A stretch of 64,000 nt of DNA from Octopus vulgaris (GCA_951406725.2 OX597814.1:64418001-64482000), one strand, 5' to 3'. Positions 28,965 to 42,169 are shown, numbered from the stretch's first letter. Program-made: numbers and translations. The notes: generated by a model not told the origin, from the letters alone.

Positions 28965-29752
28965 ATGTATATATATATGTGTGTGTGTGTGTGTGTAAAA
29001 TTTTGTTTCAGAAGTGGCTCTAGTGCTATAAAATATTGATGTCATATAGTTAATGTATGTATTTTGTTTAAACGCTTTCGGGGGCATATTTCGTCCAGGA
29101 TAATCTCCCTTTAAGACGTAGAGTGTTAGAAAACACAGAGTAACCCAAACAGCCAGATGAGATGTTTCTAACTCAAAACTGAACTTTGCTTTAGTGGCGC
29201 GGCGGTGTTGCAGAACAGGAGACAGATTTTACGCTACCTGAAATACATGTCTCAGACTAGGGATTTGAATTCACTTGGAGAGTGACTCATGTATATGCTA
29301 TGATGAGCTGAAATAACAGTGAAATATCGCTGAGGGTTTCGCTTTGTTCTAAGGTATTTATGAAATCATTTACAGTATGTACAAAAGCGCAGAATGGATA
29401 ATGAAGTCAAAAGATATACTCTGTGATGTAAACAAACAAAAGAAATTGGTCGCAACTAAATAACAACAACAACAACAGGAATAACAACATGCTTTTCAGT
29501 TTTAGTCCACTCGGACTTTGCAAAAAGCAAAACAAAACATAGCCTACAATAATTTCAATCTTTGTAATGTCGATAGTTAGGATGACATGATAGAACATAC
29601 CCGATACTGTCATGACCATGCTTTTCTATACAAGAACTACATTTCCCAATGTGTCCACTATTACTGCAGACCGAGGGGTGCCATTTGAAGGAGATTTAGT
29701 AGTTTATATCTAAGAAACACAATGACTCCCCACGAAACTTTTTTTGTATTAA

Positions 29753-29906
29753 AGCAGGAGTGGCTGTGTGGTAAGGAGCTTACTTCCCAACTACATGGTT
29801 CCGGGTTCAGTCCCGCTGCGTGGCACCTTGGATAAGTGTCTTCTGCTATAGCCTCGGGCCGATCAAATCTCTGTGAGTGGATTTGATAGATGGAAACTGA
29901 ACGAGG

Positions 29907-29996
<90 letters not shown>

Positions 29997-30037
29997 TATA
30001 CATATATATACACATACATGCATATATGTATGTATAT

Positions 30038-30125
<88 letters not shown>

Positions 30126-30282
30126 TACATATATATTTATATACATATATATATATGTATGTATGCATTTGTGTGTTTGTGTTTATGTCCCCTTAACTTA
30201 GCGGTTCGGTGGTAGAGACGATAAAATAAGAACTAGGCTTACAAAGAATAAGTCCTGGAGTCAATTTGTTCGACTAAAGGCA
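29753..30282 (+). mobile_element. tRNA-derived SINE (family B) with an internal expanded (TA)n/(CATA)n tract
   Basis: A/B-box-like head gcaggagtggctgtgtggtaag...ggttccgggttcagtcccgctgcg, then caccttggataagtgtcttct; the element resumes after the 29909-30165 microsatellite with taacttagcggttcgg...aataagtcctggagtcaatttgttcgactaaagg. Confidence 0.8.
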
Positions 30283-32211
30283 AAAGAGCAAAAGAGAGTT
30301 ATGATAATCAGCCTAAATGCATTAAAAATATTTAGTTTCGACGTTGCAAACTTTGAAGTTATATCCTTTTCGAGTCATTCTTACCCTCTGTCTTTCGACT
30401 ATACTCCTGTAAATGAGTGTCGATAATATCAATACAAATAAACTACAGGTGGCGATTCAATAGATTATCAATTCCATACAAATTCCTGAACTTAATTAAA
30501 GCAGTGTGAAGTCGGTAACTATAATGATAGAGAAAATAGCTAAAATAATTTATAAATCTTTATCAAGGAGGCACGTTCTGAAGGATAAGTTATAGTTTAT
30601 TATATAGTTCTAACTATTTGACTGGGGTTTATTATAACGATTCTGGAATAATGAAAGGACTCTGTGAACACACATGAGTGTAAAGACTCGTTGACTAATC
30701 TTGAGGTTAGACTCAAGCTGATGTGTATAAAAAGGGTTTTACTTAGAAACGGGAGTACAATGTAACCAGCAGGTTTCTACACTGATTCTACCGACTAAAT
30801 TTTTTTCTAGATAACACTTACTGAAAATGTTGTGCACTGTGATAGAACATAAAACTCATTATTCCGTAGCATTTTGTCTGTTAGAGTACAATACATCGTC
30901 CATTTATATTTCACGTTACTTCATTAAAATTTATTTGTTATCCGCGCTGTCTGTTTTATGAGTCTTTATTTGTTGTCATGACTGTTCAATGCTTGTCACT
31001 GTTCACCACCACCAGCCGTTAATCCGTTTAGCCGGACAGCGATTAACAACTGTTTATTGACTGATTAGATTTTAACATCGTTATCACTTATTCTCCATTA
31101 ATGAGGGTATTAAGAAAGAAAATGGAACGTAAAAGATATAGATAACTAACTAAATATACAATTAAAAAATAAAACAAAGAGGAAGACGACCCAGATTTGC
31201 AGGGAACCTTGCATACACACATTTAGTCTGATATAGTGTATTTTCTTTAACTTTTTCCACCTTTCTCATGATTATTTTAATCAACTTTATAACGAAACTC
31301 ACATTGTTTTCATGTAAATATTTCACTCACACCAAAATAACTTTGTGTGTGCGTACAAATACACCGAATTATATTGGTCTTTATACAACTATTTGTTTTT
31401 ATGCAAGGATAAACTGTTGTTTTTTTATATATCTCCATATAAACAGATCTAGCGCCAGTTCAGTTCGATCAAAGGAATGACCTACTAATTAATTACATGT
31501 AGTATTGTGTATTGCACGGATAATTGTGTCTTTCATATAACCAACCATAAGGTTAAAATCAACATGCTTATGCGCGTAAAAATGTGGGACTTTTTTGAAT
31601 TACATATACACGTACAGTTCTTCCCATACCAGCTGTCTACCAAATTTTATTCTCGAAAACCTGTGGTAGAACAGGTAAAATCAGAACACCGAGACGAACT
31701 TCTTAACCAGTCAAACATGCCTAGACCCATGTTGATACCACACACACACACACACACACTCATCTGTCTTCAATTTCGTTCTAAGGCTACATGTACAGAC
31801 CGTAACAAAACGACATTAAAGACAATGATTACTTATACACAAGGCCAGAAAGTTCAGGGAAAAAGAGCAGTCGATTAAGTCGATACCAAGACTACACTAA
31901 CGCTTATTTCATAAGCACCAGAAGCATAAAAGATAGATAAGTCGGGCTCAGCATGTAGGTATATGTGTGTGTGTAAAATATACAAGCAGTTAAATATGTC
32001 CAGGCATAGAGTGAGAAATGGTTTTGCATCAATATAGCGCTTAGCTTTATAGACGACGCGTCAAAGTGCTTTATGGTTCCGAAACCATTGCTCACTCTAT
32101 GACCGGACATACATTTACTGCATGATGTAAGCATATTACTGCTCTGTCCTTTAGAGTCGGCTTCTTTTTCAGATATATGATTCACTGAGGATGAGGATGA
32201 TGATGATGATG

Positions 32212-32255
<44 letters not shown>

Positions 32256-32263
32256 ATACACTC

Positions 32264-32412
32264 CGTTTCCACTCTGCCGGCCAATCTTATTTTCGGGGTC
32301 GACTACGCATTTTATCCTTCCTTCGAGGATCGATTAAAATTAAGTACCTGTTAAGTGCTAGGGTCGATCTATTTAACTGGGCCAGCTCCCCACCCACGAA
32401 AGTCTCGACCTA
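32264..32412 (+). mobile_element. Family A SINE 3' fragment
   Basis: gggtcgactacgcattttatccttccttcgaggatcgattaaaattaagtacctg. Confidence 0.55.
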
Positions 32413-32886
32413 GCGTTTTATTGTTATAAATTGTTGTGTCGCTTAATTTTCGTTTATCTCCCGTGATTGTCTTTCAGTTACAATAATTTTCTTTCTTTCT
32501 TTCTTTCTTTCTTTTTTCTTTCTTTTTTCTTTCTTTGTGGCTTTCTTCTATTTGTAAAGAATCAGCTGTTTGAAATCTGGAGTTCCCTGCCCTTTGGCTA
32601 CGGACTTTGCGAGTGTGTACGTGTTCGTACGCAAGCGTGTTTGTACGTATGCACGTGAGCGTGCGCGCGCATGTATGTGTATGTGTGTGTGTGTGTGTGT
32701 ATGAGCGTGCGCATGTGCGAGAGAAAGAGAAGACGAGTCCATGCATGTTTGTAAATTTGTCTGCACATGAGCATGTGCGACCGTATGTATACTTATTTTA
32801 GCGTGGATATCTCTGAGCGTATTTATCTGTGTGCGTATGTATATTTCTTTGCGTGTGTACATGTGTTAACATGCCTGTGAATGCTT

Positions 32887-32925
<39 letters not shown>

Positions 32926-33324
32926 TGCTTGTTTTGTGCTCTATGTGTATGGGTGTGAGTCAGTCTGCGCTCAAAAGTTCTGAAAAATGAAAATGCAATA
33001 AAGAAATAGATAAAGTAAACGGATAACAAAATGAAAGTAAAGTAAAAACAAAGAGAGTTAAAACGAGTAGTGCAGCCGTGTGTAGCTCAAGCATAGCATG
33101 CACGGAGTCACGCACGGAGAACGGATGCACGGCAGCTAGCAAGGAGCTTGTCCATGTGTTCTTACTAACTTCCAGATAATTCTCCATATCGCTTGTTCGT
33201 CCGTTAAGCCCTTTTAGGCGACGATGTGAATAAAGGGTGGCATAGTGTGTTCTTGTGTATGTATGTATGTATGCATCGATGGTCGGATGTGATGTGCACG
33301 CGCGCGTGCCTCCGTGTGTGTGTG

Positions 33325-33385
<61 letters not shown>

Positions 33386-33536
33386 TTTTTGGAAGCAATG
33401 TTGTTTGAAAAAGTAAGGATTACCAGTACCAAGGAAACGAGTAAGTGAAATATAAAGCATAACACATACAGGAATATATATGTGATGCTTCGAGCACGCA
33501 TGCACACGCTCACATGCATAGTAAATACACATTCTA

Positions 33537-33580
<44 letters not shown>

Positions 33581-36488
33581 AGACATACAAGGAATATTGA
33601 AGATTCTAATCTGTACTCGGGTTTCTCATCCGGAAACAAAATGTGATCAGCAGTACAAAATGCGAGAAAAGAAGGCGGGTAGTGTTGATGATATGATAGT
33701 GGGGATTAGCTCGGGTTTCATCAAGCATGACATGAAAAATTCCTTACTATTAAGCTGGCTTGCATATCGATATATCGAAGTAAGTCCGAGCACACTATCT
33801 ACAGTACCACACGACTTGTTAGAAAATAAAATAAAATAATCGTTCTTAAGAGAGGAAGGACATGTTTGTTAAATACCCATAGATATTCTATGTCTAAATG
33901 AAATTGTCAAATCATACGCAACAATTTTTTAGAAGTGTGAAGATTCATCCAATAATGTAATCGTACAAATAATGTTTAAAAACTGGAAGGTAGAGCGCCA
34001 TAATGTAATACTACAAGGCATCTTGCCCAACGCTCTAACTTTTCTGCCAATGCATCTCAAGTTGTATAATTAGTATAATGAAATGAATACTAATAATCAA
34101 AATATATAAAAAATGTTAAGTTCAAATATAATTAGATGTAGCAAATTTCTCATTTGTATATTTACAATGAATATATATTATTAATAACTATAATACTGAT
34201 TAAATATCAGTTAATTAAAAATGTAACGTTAAAGATTTCAAATAAAATATCCTGGTATTTTTTAGCATAACAAAGCAATCAGCCAACAATTAATATGATC
34301 AGTATTAATCGTTTTCAAATGGGCCTCAGTTATACCGATATCAATTGTAGTTGAGAAATTGTTTTTCTTTTTCTATGAGGCATCTATTCTATAAAACATT
34401 AAATTGCCCCTCTCCCACCATTATCAGTTGTATTACATAATTTTGCTGTGAATTGTAACAAATACGTTGTCGATTAAAATCTTTAGTATTACTCAGACAC
34501 GCACACACACGCACATATGTCCTAATTCTGTTTATCTTTTATCCTCAGTTTTTATTTCATTTCTCTGTTTCTTTTATTTTTTCCATAATTTAATCAGCAA
34601 GGAAGAAATATGCCTATGAACTATATTGGCCCATTGAGCTTGATGAGATCGAGGTGGTTTGTGTTCAGTTTCAAAGTCTTGAAATCAATACCTACAGGAT
34701 ATATGCGTGATCGAGCTAACTCCAGAGAGTTGATGTTGTAAAAAGAAAAGATTGTATATCTTGGTTACTGAGGGCTGTGAACAGTGAGACATGATAAGTT
34801 TCAGAAGGTGGAGAGATGAATATGATTTGGGAAAGAAAGGAACAGCAATGATTGTAGCAGTCATGGAACGGCTAAAGCGAAAATAAAGTGCGTCTGTGGA
34901 GCAGAAAGTGCAGTATTTGTGGTGGAGATTTTGCCAGTCACTTGGATGGTTTTCGTTTGGATGCAGTCCAGAATATGTGTGTGTATGTGTGCCTGCGTGT
35001 GTGTATGTGTTTGTGTGGTGGTGTGTGTATGTATGTGTGAGTGAGCGTGTGTATATAAGTGTGAGTGTGCGTGTGCGTATCCGTGTGAGCAGCCTCAGCC
35101 AAGATCATGGAAAAGTATATCATTGTGTTTTGTTTAAGTCTTATAAAGGGCGAGCAACTGTTTAAAGCGAAGTATTTCATAACCTTATAAAGGAAGGTTA
35201 ATCAATTTGTCTTCCACACATATATTCTTACAGCCCCATTACATAGATCTATTTATCCCATATTCTTCTCCCTCCTCCTAATTTCTCTTTCTTCATCGAC
35301 AACTCCCTTGCTTTTGATTCCTTCTAGTCCACTCTTTCTTCTTTTTAACCTTTCTCTACTTCTATCTCCTTGCCTTTTCGCCAGTTTTATTTCCTCTGCT
35401 ATTCTTTGCTCCCTTCTGTCAATCTTCTTTTAGATGACTACCCCATTTTAACCATATTTATTGTTTCCCCCCTCTCTCTCTCCCTCTCTCTCTTTCCGCA
35501 ATTTCGGCATTCCGTTTATTCTTCTCTTTCCACCCAACATCACCATCGTCTCCGTCATTTATTCAATCCGCTTCTTTTACCTTCTTACACCTGCCTTCTC
35601 TCAAAACTTACACCACTTTTCCCCAAAACTCAGCTCATGGGCACTTTTTGCGACCATCTCATAATGCAGCTCTTTTCTTTCCAATCTTTCAACACCATTG
35701 CCACTTTTAAAGACTTCCTTTTCTGCATATTTTCTTTTTTCCTCTTCACTTTACTCTTTCTTTCGATGTCTTTCTCTGATTCTTTCATCACTAACACTTT
35801 ATCACCTCTCTGTACCAACAAAACTATGACAGATCATCTACATAGTTGAACAGCTTGTTAGAAATAGCAGCTAATTCTCCTTAAAGATGACAAAATCATA
35901 CTCTAATCGTTGGATTATGTGCTTCTAAACGAACAATGAGCAAAAACCGAAAAATAATCGTGGTTAAAATTCGTTAAAATGGTCGACCAGAACTGACTTA
36001 AGGCTAAACAAAAATAACTTGGACAACAGCCGCAACAACAAAATTGCCCAGTTTTCCCATTTATATCCTTTTATATCTCATGCATATTCATATCGCTCTA
36101 TTCTTTCTATCACCCACATCGATCCACTTTCTTCCTCTTAATAGTCCCATTCCTCCCTTTTGTAATCACCTTTTCCTTAGTTTTCACTATTTCTTCTCCT
36201 ACATATTCATTTTTTTTTACTCTCCTTCCGTCTCGTCCCTCCTACAACGTAAATTCTTTATATCTTTATTCAATAGTTTTGCTTCTAACCGTTGTTTATT
36301 GACTTTACTTTGCTCTGTTCTTGTTGCCTTGTTTTATTTTTCTTCTTTCTCTATACACTTTTATTATCTTGCCTTCAGAGTACTACATAAATATATAGGT
36401 ATATTCTCTTTCTCTTTCTTTCTTTCACTCCATAAACATAAATATATACATGTATACATATGTGCGAATGCGTGTATGTGTATACAAA

Positions 36489-36550
<62 letters not shown>

Positions 36551-37189
36551 GTATATATGTATATACATATATATATACATATATATATACATATACACAC
36601 ACATATATATATACACATGTAGATATGTATCTGTGTGTGTGTATATATATATACACACATATATACATATATACGTACATATATATATACATCCATGCAA
36701 ACACATAACTACACATACATATATAAATATATAGATACACAGATACATACATGCTTAAATATATACGTTCATACAAACGTACATAATACATACATACATA
36801 CATACATATATAACTGTTTCATACACACAGAATAATAACAACAGCAGCAGTAACACAGCACACACATATTATAGGATGTGAGAGTGAAATAAACATTGTT
36901 ATATGCGTATTACCCCTTGAGGCATATGAAATAAGTCGTCCATTTGATCCTTGTTATTTCCGTGATTCAATCAAAGTCGCCTGTATTTTCCTGTAGCTTT
37001 TCTCTTTTCCCTACCAATCTCACGCCATACTAAACCAACAAAGTTTCTTTCTTGCTGTCAATCTTTCTTTGTTTCCTTTCTTTCTTCCTTTCTTCTTTCT
37101 CTTTTTTTTTATTTTTCTTCATAAATGATAATAAATCCATTGAGAACACACCAGATAGAGAAAAACAATTGCCCAAATACAACATTTGA

Positions 37190-37568
37190 TCATATTTAGC
37201 ACAGAAACAAAGCCAAAAATTTGATGAGTGAGGTTAATCGAATCCCTCTCTTGACTGGTCCTTTTATTTGTCGACTCTAGAATGATAAGAGACGAAGTTC
37301 ACCTAGACAGAATTTGAACTCAGGTCTTAGAGAGTCGGAACAAATGACAATAACAATCCTCTCTACAATAAGAAGAGCTGAAATTTTGGTGTCGAGGGCT
37401 AGTTGATAACATCAGCACAAGTACTCAACTGGTTTTAATTTCATAGACCCCGAAAGGGAAGAAAGGCAAAGTTCGACCTCCACGGAATTTGAACTGAGAA
37501 TGTAAAGCCGTAAGAAATACTGCAAAAGCATTTTGCACGACGCGGTAATGAGTCTGCCAGCTCGCCTA
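37190..37568 (-). mobile_element. Two head-to-tail degenerate family A SINEs
   Basis: Two repeats of aaagtt(c)gacct...gaatttgaact; the second ends in tgccagctcgcct, the reverse complement of the SINE head. Confidence 0.75.
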
Positions 37569-37607
37569 ACAACAACAACAACAACAACAACAACAATAAT
37601 AATAATC

Positions 37608-37897
37608 GGCCTTGCCTTTCATCATTTCGGGGTCGATAGAATAAGTATCCGTTGAGCACTATGGTCAACGATCTGAGTTCAAATTCCGCCGAGGTCGACT
37701 TTGCCTTTCATCCTTTCGGGGTCGATTAAATAAGTACCAGTTACGCACTGGGGTCGATATAATCGACTTAATCCGTTTGTCTGTCCTTGTTTGTCCTCTC
37801 TGTGTTTAGCCCCTTGTGGGTAGTAAAGAAATAACTATGGTCAATGTAATCAATTTGCCACCGCCCCTGGAATTACTGGCTTTGAGCCAAAATTTGT
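37608..37897 (+). mobile_element. Older family A-related SINE fragment interrupted by the nested copy
   Basis: gcctttcatcatttcggggtcgatagaataagtatccgttgagcact continues after the insert as ggtcaatgtaatc...ggctttgagccaaaattt, then (AGT)n. Confidence 0.7.
37669..37833 (+). mobile_element. 5'-truncated family A SINE nested in an older SINE, 11-bp TSD
   Basis: Body and tail nearly identical to the 45011-45244 copy; flanked by ACTATGGTCAA at 37658-37668 and 37834-37844. Confidence 0.85.
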
Positions 37898-37901
37898 AAG
37901 C

Positions 37902-37950
<49 letters not shown>

Positions 37951-39744
37951 AGAAAAAAGAAGAGGATTTCTTTATTACGTTCATGTGTACCTTAAAGTAC
38001 ACAAAATATCGATTCAAAATATGACATTGGTGTTTACAAAAATCAAATAACAAATTTACAATTGGTTGAAAATTTTACTCAGACGGAAATGCATAGTATC
38101 GTTTATTTATGTTCTAATTTTGTTTATGCATACTGTTAACTCTTAATTAATTTTAACCGGAAAGGAGTCACATGATAATTATTTAACAATGGACAGCGTT
38201 TATTTACTTGATTCAATTATTATTTTGTCCATATTTTATTTCAATTCTGTATAATGCAATATATTGACGAATTGGCAAATTTGTTACATTGCCAGATAGA
38301 ATATACTGCAGTATTTATTCCGGCTATCTGATCTCAAACACTTTTGAGATCGAAGTAAGCTTTGAAACTTTCGGGTGGATAAATAAAATCCAAATACAGT
38401 ACTAAGGTGATAATTACTTTTTCTCTCTTTTTCCTTTGGACTGTACTGATAATTCAATGGCCTCGAGTCACATTAATTTAACTTGGGGATTACGTTTAAG
38501 TTTTAAGTGTTAAAATTCGGTAATGAAGTTACTGAAGTAGTTGAATATTTATCGTCGAAACTGACGGAGAATATATCATCACACTTGTTATCAGTCTTTT
38601 GGTTTCTATAGTTTCAGTTTTCTCCATCATCCATTTAGTTAAAGCTTTTGTTGCTGATTTTTTTTATTTCTGGTTTGTTATTTCAGTATTCAGCTGACCG
38701 CTATATGAATTAGTTTCACTGATTTTGTTGCTATTGTTTATCCTTAAATCGACCCTGTTTGAGTAACAATATGATTAAAGGCATTCCAGCCGTGACTGTT
38801 CAGTTGTTTTAGTTTATCTTGAACTACATAGTCCAATTTCTTTTTTAAGGCGGCAGATGATTTGAGAGAAAAAAGAATTGACTGATATTTACAGCAACTC
38901 AAGCGTTGCGGCTTTTTGTTAGCTAATAACCAACGATCACTACCTTCGATGTCAAAATGCCTTAGCAGAATTATTAGAAAGCAATTCTGTATGGTGTTTA
39001 ATACCTAAGCGTAAACTGGTGAACAGTTTTTAGATTCTTAGTTTTACTAAGTAAAACACACATGCACTAACATACGTTTGTATTATTTTTGTTTTATCGT
39101 TCATAAGTAATCAAAATTATATCTTTTATGAAGTACCTGTTAATGTTTTTGTATTAATGTAGTTGATAAGAGAAGTTATAAGCATTAATTTAAAGTCTGT
39201 TGATATAACTTGAAACAAATATCTCGTGACAGATTCAGGATTTGACTCTCGTCAGTAGATTTGTTCTGCGTTGTGTTTCAAATTCGGGATCATGTCAAAT
39301 AACTACTACACCCTTTATGTAGACGTGTACATAATCTATTTTATGTGTATATGGTAACGTTATTCACTAATCTGTACTAAAAGGTTTCATACAAGCAGTG
39401 TTGTTTGGTCTGCTCTACATCGGTGAACTGAAATAGATACTAGAGATAGAATATGGCCTTTTTAAAAGGACATTAACATGAAGAAATATTACAAGTAAGT
39501 TGCCTAAGCAGTGGTATCGGTCATAACTTAAAATAAATGACGTACGCAGCCGAAGGGATCTAATGCAACAAAACAATCGTTCTACCTATCAATTTCATAG
39601 TTTTCGAAATAAGTGGGATTTACCACTTCCGCATCCTTTTGTGTCACTTCCATTTTTTATATTCATTGATATTTATGGTCACTGATATTTAATTGATTCG
39701 GCACACACGCACATTGAGTCGGCGATCGCACGTCCGCACCACGC

Positions 39745-39823
<79 letters not shown>

Positions 39824-40265
39824 TGTGTGAGTACGTATGTATGTATATATATATATATAAATATATGTATAAATATATACACATGTGGTGATCCAGCATG
39901 ACCGCAGCTACATGGCTGAAACGAATAAAAGACTATATTTACATATATACATATATATATGTGTGTGTGCACGCGCGTGTATGTATATATATATATATAC
40001 ACACATACATACGTGGTGCTCCAGCATGACCGCAGCTACATGACTGAAACGAATAGAAAACTACATATACATTTACATATATATATGTGTGTGTGTATTC
40101 ATGTGTGTGTGTGTGTGTGTGCATGTATATATATATACACACACATATACGCACACGCACACACATACCTAAATATTTATATACACATATGAAATTATCA
40201 GTATTTGACTTTGTTGATTTTACTGTTTTATGTCTCATCCCTGGCCCCTGATATTTCCCCTACAG

Positions 40266-41005
40266 ACTACCAAGTCGCCGAATTCTGATCAGCAGGTAGC
40301 ATTGATGGATATGAAACATCCGACGATGACCTCGACCAGTTCAGAGTGGCCATTTGGTCCCGAAGTAGATTATTCCTGCCGTCCTTCTAACTACAGTGGT
40401 GGGTTTATTGTCCATTTGCAGGGCAACACGGCCCCTCCAATGGTTACTGCTGTGGAACTCAGTGAAATCGCCATTCCCGATATGCTCAACTCAGTGAATC
40501 AAGGAAACGACAACCGCAGCAGCCGTCTCATCGGAAACAGCAACAACAGCAGCAATGGTGGAAGCAACAGCAGCAATGCCAGCAACACTCCCAACGCCGC
40601 AAACAACTGCAATAATAATGTCAGCAATAACATGAACGGTAATAGCAACATCAGCATCACAAATGGTAACAACGGCAGCAATACAACCACTAATAACATC
40701 CATCACCATCATACAGCACAATTGCATCATCATCACCATCATCATCACACTCAGCCACATCAACATCATTTACATCCTCATCAACTACCACCACATCATC
40801 AAAATTCCGTCATTCAAGATGAACATAAGCCTTTTGTTTGCGCTGGCTGTGGGGATCTGATCACAGAGCGCTACTATTTAAATGTGGCCAACAATGCTTG
40901 GCACTTTAACTGCTTGAAATGTTACGAGTGCAAGTCTACGCTAGACACGGAACGGTCATGCTACGAACGGATGGGTAACTACTATTGTAAAGAGGATTAT
41001 CAAAG
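40266..41005 (+). CDS. Lhx2/9: LIM-homeobox protein of the Lhx2/Lhx9/apterous family; exon encoding the low-complexity N-terminus and LIM domain 1
   Basis: Open frame ...KPFVCAGCGDLITERYYLNVANNAWHFNCLKCYECKSTLDTERSCYERMGNYYCKEDYQR fits the LIM consensus C-x2-C-x17-H-x2-C-x2-C-x2-C-x18-C-x2-D (first Cys at 40839). Acceptor tttcccctacAG ends at 40265 (phase 0) and donor AG|GTAAGC starts at 41006 (phase 2). The 5' boundary is less certain: alternative acceptor at 40421, in-frame ATGs at 40230, 40305, 40311, 40326 and 40440. Confidence 0.93.
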
Positions 41006-42137
41006 GTAAGCATTAAAAAAATATTTTTTATTTCTTCTGAACTGCAATTTGATGTTGTCTTGCTTTACTAGTGAACTTTTTGTTGTTGTTGTTGCTTAGT
41101 TAAAGTCAACTTAAACACTTGATACATGGAACCATATGATGCTATTTTATTCCTTTAATATTGTTACGATGATAATCAATCTAAAGGTAAGTGATAAGTT
41201 GAAGTGAAATAAATCTGTGATCCAAGATCTATGTATTATACATATTGTATTTGCTGAGTTAATGTCCTTTGGAGAAACAATGAAACGTGAATGGCGTCCA
41301 TTACATCTTGTCACCTACAATTCGCTAAGTCTGGATATAGTGATTAAAATTTTGTCAATATAGTACTATTGCATATGCTTAGGAAATATTCATGCTTACT
41401 TTGATAGAGATAAGGCCTCAGTAAACAGAATTTGTGAGCTGGTTCAAGTACTCTCAGGTAGAGATATTTCATGAATATATCTATATGAGGATTAAGTGTT
41501 AATAGCAATATTCTTTTACTTATTATTTTTTTAATTTGAGAGCCGTTTAACACACTTCTCTCTTTTACAATAGAATACACCATTTCTGTCGATAACAAGT
41601 CTTTCTATATAAAACAAATGTATAGTTCAAGAAATATCTAAAAATGCTATAGTTGAGTATATCGTCTGTGTTGTACACTGGGTCCCTGTTTCGAGGGTTA
41701 CAAACATATACCAGCAACCAGGCGACCAGACATAACTTGATTAAACCTAGGACTGTGCCCACGCAGCATTTTACTAACCCAATCGAACACATCTTTGAAA
41801 CCAGTGGCATCTATATACAGAGTATACTGATTCATTATAACGGCTTCTGAAGCAATAAGCGATTCCTTTTTCTGTTTTAGTACAACACAAAATACTAATG
41901 AGATACCAGAAGACAAAGTAATGCACTGAAAATTAAGGAATCAAAAGTTTGGTGAAACGAGGTCGTTTAGACAGATCGGAATAAAATTCATCGAAGACAC
42001 GTTCTATGCATGCAAACATACGTGCAATCATATGCATACACATAAATGTGCATATATGTGTATGTAAATAAATATTTATATTTATCCATATAAGTGTATT
42101 ACACATACATATATATGTATATGTATATATGTATACA

Positions 42138-42169
<32 letters not shown>

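Noticed and set aside
40230-40265. ORF-track start MSHPWPLIFPLQ for the LIM protein
   Set aside because: It overlaps a pyrimidine tract plus CAG acceptor and is more likely intronic, though not formally excluded
40491-40860. Antisense and alternative-frame ORFs over the LIM1 exon (similarly 46767-47077 over LIM2)
   Set aside because: Shadows of the real coding frame and its low-complexity codons
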